IMG/VR virus record: IMGVR_UViG_3300034122_002202
Location: 1 to 64,000 of that record
Length of the DNA: 64,000 nt
Reading direction: 5' to 3' (one strand)
Origin: a virus
Shown here: positions 8,369-15,720 of the stretch, in pieces
Layout of the letters: every line of letters starts with the position of its first letter
How positions within the stretch are numbered: the first letter of the stretch is position 1
Position numbers and translations under genes: made by a program
Notes under the pieces: generated by a model
The model's input: only the letters and a program-made list of their open reading frames with translations
Told to the model about the DNA's origin: nothing
Database searches by the model: none

Positions 8369-9502
8369 TTAGGCGAACATAAGTTCTTTGCCCAAGATAG
8401 AGTGAACATCCTTGGTAGTCAAGGCATTAGCTTTGTTTCTCAGGCCGATGAACTCGGATTCTGAATAGCTAGCCAAAGCACCACCAACTTCGTTAAGCTT
8501 CTCCCAAGAGGCTTCACCCATCTTTTGGCTTCCTCTCGTAAGAGAGTTGACCATACCAAAGAGAGTCTTGGCGTAGAATGGAGTTTCTTGGCGTTCAATT
8601 GACCAACCATCTTGAACAGCATCGATCTCTGCCTTAGAGAACTTGTAGGTTTGAGCTACAGAAGCAAAGAGTGGAGTCATCGAAGCACCTTCTCCGAAGA
8701 CCATCTTCTTTGTACCCAACAACTTTTCAATCATAACTGGTATGGATTGAATGTGCTTGGCAATAGAAGACTGTATCTGCCTAGACAAGATATCAAGATC
8801 AACCTTACCTCGATGCACTACGCTAACATCGTCATGTCGTACCCATCCAATCATGCCGTTAGTGCAGATTGTACGGAACACGCCAGCAGAAATGTCCAAG
8901 CGGTGCGTACCGATTTCGCTGTTCTTAATTTTAATCAAGCCACCATAGTCGCTATCATCGTCAGACTTAAGGCTAGCAGGAAGCACAACTGAGAAGTTGA
9001 TGAAGTCATCACCAGACTTATCACACGCCACCGCCTGACCGCATTCTTGTGGCAAGAACTGCTTAGTCTGGTCTAAGACCCAATTGTTATCGATAACTGC
9101 ATACCTATCTGACAAGAAAGCCCTACAGCTATCATCCTGATCATTAAAGCGGAACAACATCTCCTTGCCAAAGTCCTCTTGGAAGCTAATGTCTACCAAG
9201 TCCTTAAGGATAGCTTGGTGCTTGACATTACCAGAGTTATATAACTTGTTTAAGGTGAAACTCCCCCACTTTGTCTTACTAGCCAATTGACTAAGGAAAT
9301 GCTTAGTAGGCTTGTATAGCTTATTAGCTCGCTTGTCGAGAATATGAAACTTCTCGTCTGCGATAACAGCTTTGACCCTTGGATCTTCGCCACCTACGGT
9401 GCATAGTGCATCGTGATAGTGATCTTTGTTTTCGTTATAGCGAGCGATAACGCCAGCGTAAGCACCACCAGTAAAACCACGGACAGATCTAACAGCATTC
9501 AT
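8369..9502 (-). CDS. DUF932-family phage/plasmid protein
   Basis: RAFLSDRY and NSEIG....ISAGVFRTICTNGMI...H.G motifs typical of DUF932. Confidence 0.75.
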   Translation of the reverse strand: MNAVRSVRGFTGGAYAGVIARYNENKDHYHDALCTVGGEDPRVKAVIADEKFHILDKRANKLYKPTKHFLSQLASKTKWGSFTLNKLYNSGNVKHQAILKDLVDISFQEDFGKEMLFRFNDQDDSCRAFLSDRYAVIDNNWVLDQTKQFLPQECGQAVACDKSGDDFINFSVVLPASLKSDDDSDYGGLIKIKNSEIGTHRLDISAGVFRTICTNGMIGWVRHDDVSVVHRGKVDLDILSRQIQSSIAKHIQSIPVMIEKLLGTKKMVFGEGASMTPLFASVAQTYKFSKAEIDAVQDGWSIERQETPFYAKTLFGMVNSLTRGSQKMGEASWEKLNEVGGALASYSESEFIGLRNKANALTTKDVHSILGKELMFA

Positions 9503-9587
9503 AATAAACTCCCTGTGACTGTGTCACTATTAGTTAAAAATTTAAAACCTCTTACTACTACATTATTCGTACAAACACGAATTTTAT

Positions 9588-9773
9588 TCAACTACATTTT
9601 AAAAATCTTGGTTTTTTAGTTACAAGATTTCCATTCTCCCAAGCTCTACCTTCTGGAATTACTTGCCAGTCTTGGCCATCCACTGTAAATGTACCGCCAA
9701 ATACTGACCATGTTCCCTCATCTTTGGATTCCTGCCAAAGCCTTAACAACTCAACTTTAGTTTCTTCGTTCAT
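9588..9773 (-). CDS. hypothetical phage protein
   Basis: GGGAG RBS; ATGA coupling; stop inside promoter motif. Confidence 0.7.
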   Translation of the reverse strand: MNEETKVELLRLWQESKDEGTWSVFGGTFTVDGQDWQVIPEGRAWENGNLVTKKPRFLKCS

Positions 9774-10126
9774 TCTGTACTCCCTATTTCATAGTTATCG
9801 CCCCAATGAACATACCCATCTTTCTTGAGCATATGGAAGACTTCAGCGTAATAGATATTATGCCAGTTGAAATCCATAGCCCCACAAGCTTCGATATACT
9901 CTTCGTAAAATTCGGTCATATCTATGTAATCATAGACCGCATCGTAAATGGTATTCTGTAGAACCTCATTATCGCTATCAATTTTGCCAAGTACTTCCAA
10001 ACCATATCTCAGAGCCAATCTACCTCCGAAATGCTCAGCAAGCAGGAATAAATCGCTTTCTGGTGGCTTCTCGTAAGGTTTATCCTTGATCTCTGGCAGA
10101 CTTCCTAGCTTATCGTAACTTCTCAT
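9770..10126 (-). CDS. acidic hypothetical phage protein
   Basis: AAGGAG RBS. Confidence 0.75.
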   Translation of the reverse strand: MRSYDKLGSLPEIKDKPYEKPPESDLFLLAEHFGGRLALRYGLEVLGKIDSDNEVLQNTIYDAVYDYIDMTEFYEEYIEACGAMDFNWHNIYYAEVFHMLKKDGYVHWGDNYEIGSTE

Positions 10127-10137
10127 AGCTACTCTCC

Positions 10138-10404
10138 TTAGTTAGTAAAAACAAATAACGCATCATCTCCAACCCAACTGCCAACCATATCGCCTTCCCA
10201 CTTCAACTTCTCTGCGAAAAGCCTTGCAGCGTTTGCAAAGTTTTCCTTATATTCCAACTCGTAATCCCAACCAATGGTGAGGTTAGGTTGACGATTTTGC
10301 ATTTTACCGTTACCCAATCTGCACTTAAGGCGTTTGCCCTTTGTATCGGTAATAGGTAGAACCTTAACGAAAATAGTAGCACCACCAACAAACTTAATAG
10401 TCAT
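10138..10404 (-). CDS. hypothetical phage protein
   Basis: Start moved to ATG 10404 after AAGGAG; follows promoter. Confidence 0.75.
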   Translation of the reverse strand: MTIKFVGGATIFVKVLPITDTKGKRLKCRLGNGKMQNRQPNLTIGWDYELEYKENFANAARLFAEKLKWEGDMVGSWVGDDALFVFTN

Positions 10405-10455
10405 TTCACATTCTCCTTGTATATAGTTATTCGTTAGAACTCCAAATTTATTCAC

Positions 10456-10590
10456 TTACATTTCAAATTTTTTCACAAGTTCTCGATAAAGAAAATCGTA
10501 ATCTTCTTGCCTTATCTCATTAGCCATCAACTTATCATCCAATCTATCAACAGCTTTTTCAAATCTCACTTCTTTTTCTTGTTCGCTCAT
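10456..10590 (-). CDS. small acidic helical hypothetical protein
   Basis: ATG 10590 after AAGGAG; follows promoter 10629-10656. Confidence 0.7.
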   Translation of the reverse strand: MSEQEKEVRFEKAVDRLDDKLMANEIRQEDYDFLYRELVKKFEM

Positions 10591-10703
10591 CTCATCTCCT
10601 TTGTTTGTTGTGTCCTTCTCATACTTTATTATTCGTACGAACATGATTTTTATTCAAAAGATTTTTAAAATATTTTTTGTAATACTAAGTATTACCAGAA
10701 AAG

Positions 10704-10755
10704 CTATAGGCGTTCCGCATCCCCTATCCCTCTCCCGATACCAGAGAGGCGGGTT
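10704..10755 (-). ncRNA. candidate structured element A2
   Basis: Between promoters 10818-10845 and 10629-10656; no ORF; CCTCTC/GAGAGG stem then GATAGGGGATGCGGAACGCCTATAG. Confidence 0.45.
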
Positions 10756-10925
10756 GTTTTACATCGGCCCTCCCGATTTTTTTCAAGTTTTAGATTCTTG
10801 TTTTCCTTTCTATACTATTATTCGTTTGAACTTGAAAATTATTCAAAAAAATCTTTTTATTTTATTGGTATAACAAAGTATAACCATTTTTGGCTTTGGT
10901 GGTATGGGTAATCCGCTTGCTATTC

Positions 10926-10971
10926 GGGCATTACTTCGGGAACTCCGGTGGTATCCATAGGACACCGCCAG
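10926..10971 (-). ncRNA. candidate structured element B2
   Basis: GGTGTCC-TAT-GGATACC hairpin; close homologue of B3. Confidence 0.4.
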
Positions 10972-11041
10972 ATTAAAATTTAACTTTTTTGTTCATTGGA
11001 TAAAAGTTATAAACCAATTTCGCAATCTTTTCAGATTTCTC

Positions 11042-11071
11042 TTGACAGGTTTTTAACCCCATCAGTATAAT
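11042..11071 (+). promoter_or_regulatory. consensus sigma70-type promoter, antisense to surrounding genes
   Basis: TTGACA (11042-11047)-N18-TATAAT (11066-11071). Confidence 0.55.
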
Positions 11072-11187
11072 TGTCTAGCAGAGGGATTTACTCTCACTTT
11101 TATTAAAAGCCTATCCTATCTCCAAATAGGTTAAAAATAATCTCCATCTGTAAGAGTTCTGTACTTGAGCAAAGATAAGAATAAATA

Positions 11188-11382
11188 CTATACATTATCA
11201 CATTCCTCCAATAAAAAGTATTCTGGTACTGGTTCAAGTTCTTGCTTACCAAAGTGAAGCTTAATCCATAATTCTTTGATGTCTGCTTCCTTATAGAAAT
11301 GACCATCTTGTTTATCTAAACTTAATCTAATCAAAGAATGTTCAATCAATCTTTTCTCTGCATTACTTACTTCAATAATCAT
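11188..11382 (-). CDS. small helical hypothetical protein
   Basis: Start moved to ATG 11382 after GGAGG. Confidence 0.7.
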   Translation of the reverse strand: MIIEVSNAEKRLIEHSLIRLSLDKQDGHFYKEADIKELWIKLHFGKQELEPVPEYFLLEECDNV

Positions 11383-11671
11383 TGATCTACCTCCATAAAT
11401 ATCTTTATAAACAAAACCATAGACACATTTAAAAGAAAGCTTGCTGCGATTAATTCCATTAAGCACCTTCCTTTATTAGTTTTAATTTTTCGCCCTGTCT
11501 GCCACCCTTGACAGACTTCTTTTTTGATTTGAATACCACCATGCCCCTTGGCGTTTCGCCCCTACGCTCGAAGGGCATATTTACTAATGTAAACCGAATA
11601 GTCCTGCTCATCGTACTTCTCCTTGTAAATTATTATTCGTACAAACACACAATTTATTCAAAACTTTTTTA

Positions 11672-12019
11672 CTAATCCCGATCATATCTACTTGGTTTAC
11701 GCATAGCATTGCCATGCTCATGAATGAAATCATCAATGCCTTGTGCTTCTTCGTTCTCAAACTCTCTATCTTCAAGCATTTTTGCTACTGCTTGACAACC
11801 ATCTAAGATCCTACAGTGTAAGTAGTTAGGATAAAGCCCAGTGTGACTATCTACATACCATCCCCATTCAAACTTTTCTTCCCATGATGTAACTTTGAAA
11901 GTATTCGACTTCGTGTCATAATCAACGCCCACATTATATTCCCTGCCATTAAGCAGGAGTGGTGGCATATGCTTGCGAAACTCGGCAAAATTCTCAACTT
12001 CGTGAATGATACTGGACAT
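11672..12019 (-). CDS. hypothetical phage protein
   Basis: ATG 12019 after GGAG; follows promoter. Confidence 0.75.
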   Translation of the reverse strand: MSSIIHEVENFAEFRKHMPPLLLNGREYNVGVDYDTKSNTFKVTSWEEKFEWGWYVDSHTGLYPNYLHCRILDGCQAVAKMLEDREFENEEAQGIDDFIHEHGNAMRKPSRYDRD

Positions 12020-12101
12020 TTTTCTTTCTCCGTTAGTGTTAGTTCTCATATCTTATTATTCGTACAAACTTACTTTTTATTCAAAAAAATCTTTTTTATT
12101 T

Positions 12102-12272
12102 TTACCACCCTTGGCACTCTTCTTGCCTATCTTGTATTACCTTGCAATACTCTTGAGCTTCCTCCAAAGATTTAAACTCTTCCTCAATTTCCTCAATTTC
12201 CATCGTTTCAACGATCCAGTGACCACCAGCATCGTAATTCGCTAAAGCCCAATCGTAAATTTCTTTCCCCAT
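12102..12272 (-). CDS. small acidic hypothetical phage protein
   Basis: ATG 12272 after AAGGA; follows promoter. Confidence 0.7.
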   Translation of the reverse strand: MGKEIYDWALANYDAGGHWIVETMEIEEIEEEFKSLEEAQEYCKVIQDRQEECQGW

Positions 12273-12395
12273 CGTTCTTTCCTTTTCGTTAGTGTTGTTG
12301 TCTTCCATACTCTATTATTCGTTTGAACTCTAAAATTATTCAAAAGTTTTTTAAATTATTTTTAATTATACTAAGTTATACCTAATTTTATAAGT

Positions 12396-12439
12396 CCAGC
12401 CTCCCCCCATCCCCCCTAGATATTTCTCTAGGAGGCAAG
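12396..12439 (-). ncRNA. candidate structured element A3
   Basis: CCTAGA/TCTAGG stem then GGATGGGGGGAGGC; between tandem promoters. Confidence 0.45.
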
Positions 12440-12576
12440 CTTATTTTGTATCGATCCTTCTCGATATTATATTATTCGTTTGAAACGCAAAATTATTCAA
12501 AAAAAAATTAAAATAATTGGTATAACAAAGTATAACTTTGCAAGCTTTTTGGCAGGGCAAAGACGCTTGCTAGCAA

Positions 12577-12621
12577 GGCATACCATCAGGAACCTCGGTG
12601 GTGTCCATAGGACACACCAAG
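12577..12621 (-). ncRNA. candidate structured element B3
   Basis: TGTCC-TAT-GGACA hairpin then GGTATGCC. Confidence 0.4.
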
Positions 12622-12734
12622 CTTTTTTTTAAAGACTACTTTTTTCGTTTTCGGTATCTCACCGTGGTTTGCCCCTTAAAGTAGTAAACAGACCTATCGT
12701 TTAAACTTAATACATTTTTCTTTCCCTCTTGTTG

Positions 12735-12980
12735 TTATATTATATTATTCGTACTAGGCCCGATATTATTCAAAAAATAATCCCAATTCTTTTTAAAATC
12801 TGTATGCAGATATCGCATACAAGTTTGGGCAATGTTACGATATCCAACAATTTTGGCAACAACCTTTACTCTTGCCATATTGCATACCTTGCAATAGTGG
12901 CGTTGAAATATGTTTCCATCATCATCGGTATCTTGCCCTAGATTTTGCCACTTACCATGATTGCAATTCTTAACCTTCAT
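12735..12980 (-). CDS. small putative Zn-binding protein (CxH...CxxC)
   Basis: AAGGA RBS; CNH and CKVC. Confidence 0.55.
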   Translation of the reverse strand: MKVKNCNHGKWQNLGQDTDDDGNIFQRHYCKVCNMARVKVVAKIVGYRNIAQTCMRYLHTDFKKNWDYFLNNIGPSTNNII

Positions 12981-13016
12981 TTTACTTTCCTTTTCTTTAT
13001 GGTCACAATATGTGAC

Positions 13017-13700
13017 CTAGTGATAGATATAGGCCACATTGTTGACATTCTTATCCCAACATTTACGGCAATCGTTGCAGTTTACCTTGCTTGCACCATT
13101 GAAAGCTTCAAGGCTTGCAGGGCAAATATTCTCATGACGATCATCGGCATTAACTGGTGTTCTTATTGCAGTGCTTGTGGGCAATCCTAGCCCCTTGCTA
13201 GGCACTTGATCGACCATGTACATACTTGGCCTAACTGTAAAATTCTTGGCAAATTCGCCATGTATAGCTAAGTATTCCCGAACCATGCCATGTTCTTTAG
13301 TTGGTAACCAGAATTTAACTTCTGGCAGGGCAAGAGCAATCTCATTCATTGCCACTAACATATCTAGACTTTGAACATCGCCACTTGTAAACCACCTAAA
13401 GTATGCATTAGACTTATCTTTCATGTGCTTATATTTCTTGGCTAGTGCTTTAATAAAAGCTTGCTTCCAAGACTCCAAGTCTTCTAGTTGACCTATCCTA
13501 ACATCATCGGCTTTTTTCTTGTTGCCAAAAAGGTATCTACCTTTAAGGGCATAACATCCCTCACATATACTACCCTTAACATCGACTAGCTTGCTTCCAG
13601 TCTTGCATTGTTTAGCTGGTAAATCCCAACTAATCCAAGGCATTTTTTCAGTTTGTGAGAAATTTATTTCTAATGGCTTGATAACTTCTAAACTTATCAT
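13017..13700 (-). CDS. GP88-family (radical-SAM-like, Cys-cluster) phage protein
   Basis: CKTG..L......CEGCYA, FRWFTSGD, FWLPT, CPA...CNDCRKCW motifs. Confidence 0.75.
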   Translation of the reverse strand: MISLEVIKPLEINFSQTEKMPWISWDLPAKQCKTGSKLVDVKGSICEGCYALKGRYLFGNKKKADDVRIGQLEDLESWKQAFIKALAKKYKHMKDKSNAYFRWFTSGDVQSLDMLVAMNEIALALPEVKFWLPTKEHGMVREYLAIHGEFAKNFTVRPSMYMVDQVPSKGLGLPTSTAIRTPVNADDRHENICPASLEAFNGASKVNCNDCRKCWDKNVNNVAYIYH

Positions 13701-13763
13701 CTTACTTTCCTTGTGTTAGTGTTACTTGCTATACTCTATTATTCGTTTCAACTTTCAAATTAT

Positions 13764-13958
13764 TCAAAACTTTTCACAATTATTTTCAAATTCTTCAAGT
13801 AGTGCTTGCTCACATTCAAACTTATCGATCATCCTTGAAGTTAATTCTTCAAGATCAAATTCTTCAATTTCTTGACAAGTAGTTGGCATAAGCACTTCCC
13901 AGTTGGGTTCAATATTTTCATCATCGATCACAATTTCAAAATCAGAATCATCATTCAT
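13764..13958 (-). CDS. very acidic small protein
   Basis: AAGGA RBS; about one third D/E; stop inside promoter motif. Confidence 0.7.
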   Translation of the reverse strand: MNDDSDFEIVIDDENIEPNWEVLMPTTCQEIEEFDLEELTSRMIDKFECEQALLEEFENNCEKF

Positions 13959-14090
13959 TTTACTTTTCCTTTTCTCTAGTGTTAGTTATCCCTTATACTC
14001 TATTATTCGTTTTAACTTACAATTTATTCAAATAAAAATAAAATTATTTTAAATATATTTAGTAATACTAAATTATACCAAATTAAATTA

Positions 14091-14136
14091 GGGCAGGCTC
14101 CCCCCATCCTCCCTTAGTTGTTCACTAGGGGAGAAG
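14091..14136 (-). ncRNA. candidate structured element A4
   Basis: CTCCCCTAGT/ACTAAGGGAG stem then GATGGGGGGAGCC; between tandem promoters. Confidence 0.45.
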
Positions 14137-14280
14137 ATTTTTATTAGGTTAATCTCCAACCTCTCTATAGTATTATTCGTTTAAACTGTAAAATTATTCA
14201 AATAAAAATAAAAATATTTTGAGATAATTAGTATAACAAAGTAATACCAATTTTTGCTTTGATAGTAGTGGTAATACAAA

Positions 14281-14323
14281 GTAATACCTCGGTAAGCCCG
14301 CTAGTCTTGGTAAGACTTGCAGG
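14281..14323 (-). ncRNA. candidate structured element B4
   Basis: CCTGCAAGTCTT-ACC-AAGACTAGCGGG then GAGGTATT. Confidence 0.4.
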
Positions 14324-14493
14324 TTTTTTTTTCTTGGCCTATCGGCCGGGCTTTCTCTTCGAGAAATCCATCGAGGGGCTTTCGCCCCCCTTCTTTCTTA
14401 TTTGTTCATATAGGCTATCGCCTGATATAAACAGCTTGAATACACAATCAGGCCAAACAAGAGTAGCATATTCATTTGTTCAATGGACATGGC

Positions 14494-14700
14494 TTATGCC
14501 CCCCTCTTGGCTAATTCAGCCTTGTAAACACTAATCTGATCATAGTATTTATTAGGGTTGATGTTAAGCTTGATACATTCCCGACAATCGTCAATACTAT
14601 ATCGCAAGGATGCTACTGTCATGGCCTTGGCCTTTTTAGCTTCCACCAACCAATTGCAAACAAAGGGATCATAACTATTATTCATCTTACTACTCTCCAT
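14494..14700 (-). CDS. hypothetical phage protein
   Basis: Follows promoter 14730-14757; true start may be the second Met after GGAG. Confidence 0.7.
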   Translation of the reverse strand: MESSKMNNSYDPFVCNWLVEAKKAKAMTVASLRYSIDDCRECIKLNINPNKYYDQISVYKAELAKRGA

Positions 14701-14778
14701 GTTAATGGTTAAACTCTCTTGCTATACTATTATTCGTAACAATCACAACTTTATTCAAAAAAAACTTTTTTTATTTTA

Positions 14779-15030
14779 TTAGTCGTGGATTACTCCATCG
14801 ACTATATACCTTAGACTATAAGCCGATATCGTTTTTTCTCCATGATGGTTACCTTCATTGTATGATACTAATATATAGTATCCATTCTTAGACTTAGCTA
14901 TTCGCTCTAGTGTACCGAACCTAAATCCATCTACTTTACTATCGGCTTGACTATACTTATTAATGCTTATTCGCTTACCGATATTTTCAGAAAAAACGCC
15001 CGATACAGTACCATTTTCAATCTTAATCAT
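14779..15030 (-). CDS. hypothetical phage protein
   Basis: AAGGA RBS; follows promoter. Confidence 0.75.
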   Translation of the reverse strand: MIKIENGTVSGVFSENIGKRISINKYSQADSKVDGFRFGTLERIAKSKNGYYILVSYNEGNHHGEKTISAYSLRYIVDGVIHD

Positions 15031-15181
15031 CTTATCTATCCTTTACTTTTTATCCTTAAGGTTTAACATTGTGTTTCCCTTATGCTATATTATTCGTTTA
15101 AACTTAGAATTTATTCAAAACAATTTCAAAATATTTTAAAAATCTATTAAGATAAACATATCCAATTAGACTATGGGGTAT

Positions 15182-15225
15182 GGGCATACCTTCCCCAAGC
15201 CGACTATCTTGGTTAAGACAGTGGG
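15182..15225 (-). ncRNA. candidate structured element B5
   Basis: ACTGTCTT-AACC-AAGATAGT hairpin then GGGAAGGTATGCCC. Confidence 0.4.
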
Positions 15226-15251
15226 TTCTCATTTGGTCTTGGCCTCTTGGC

Positions 15252-15428
15252 CTATATCTTTTTTTCGTATTCATAAAACTTTTCGTACTCTCTAATAATT
15301 TCTTCTTGCTTAACAGGAAATCCATATGCAGCCCTTAATACATGGGTTTTTCTACGATCCGAAAAGTGATTATGAAACGCACAAAGACCAATGCCAGCAG
15401 CCAAAACTCGCATATTAAATTCTTCCAT
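15252..15428 (-). CDS. 58-aa hypothetical protein (MEEFNMRVLAAG...), not in ORF track
   Basis: Follows promoter 15474-15501 with GGGG RBS. Confidence 0.55.
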   Translation of the reverse strand: MEEFNMRVLAAGIGLCAFHNHFSDRRKTHVLRAAYGFPVKQEEIIREYEKFYEYEKKI

Positions 15429-15622
15429 TTTACCATCCCCTTTTTTCTAGTGTTGTTTCCCTTACCTATCATATTATTCGTTGTAACTTAGAATTTATTC
15501 AAAATAAAATAAAAATAAATAAAAGAATTTTGGTATTACCTTGTTATACCTAATTGGCATTGATAGTATAGGTAAGACAATATTAAGATAAAAATATCCA
15601 ATTCAAATCAGCCGATCTTAGC

Positions 15623-15670
15623 CTATAGGCGTACCTTCCCTAAGCCCAGTGACTTTGGTAAGACACTAGG
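15623..15670 (-). ncRNA. candidate structured element B6
   Basis: CCTAGTG...CACTGGG stem then GGGAAGGTACGCCTATAG. Confidence 0.4.
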
Positions 15671-15682
15671 TTATTTTAAATA

Positions 15683-15706
15683 CCCCCTAGCTATTCGACT
15701 AGGGGG
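15683..15706 (-). terminator. probable intrinsic terminator after sigma gene
   Basis: CCCCCTAG/CTAGGGGG stem followed by TATTT on minus strand. Confidence 0.55.
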
Positions 15707-15720
15707 CTTGACTACCTTGC

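Larger units (their letters stand above)
92..15501 (-). promoter_or_regulatory. 24 copies of promoter-like motif TGAATAA-N14-CGAATAA (plus-strand TTATTCG-N14-TTATTCA)
   Basis: Copies at 92-119, 1385-1412, 2958-2985, 3735-3762, 5524-5551, 7064-7091, 7937-7964, 8201-8228, 9563-9590, 10427-10454, 10629-10656, 10818-10845, 11633-11660, 12056-12083, 12315-12342, 12472-12499, 12745-12772, 13739-13766, 14003-14030, 14173-14200, 14730-14757, 15090-15117, 15474-15501, plus one inverted copy at 7988-8015; offset always 21 bp; mostly just upstream of RBS+ATG. Confidence 0.85.
10679..15549. promoter_or_regulatory. operator-like 17-bp box GTWWWAC-N3-GTWWWAC (8 copies)
   Basis: 10679-10695, 10868-10884, 12365-12381, 12520-12536, 14062-14078, 14231-14247, 14271-14287, 15533-15549; seven start 21-23 or 31-32 bp from a TGAATAA box, 14271 is a second copy 40 bp further. 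Confidence 0.65.

Noticed and set aside
92-15501. TTATTCG/TTATTCA repeats as a CRISPR array or integron attC sites
   Set aside because: Spacing is irregular (150-1800 bp), the central 14 nt vary, the motif is not palindromic, and no cas or integrase gene is in the window; placement fits promoters.
8114-15670. Hairpin elements as plain plus-strand terminators
   Set aside because: Several are followed by T-runs on plus, but the B stems then contain A-C mismatches and the conserved flanking tail is unexplained; not fully excluded.
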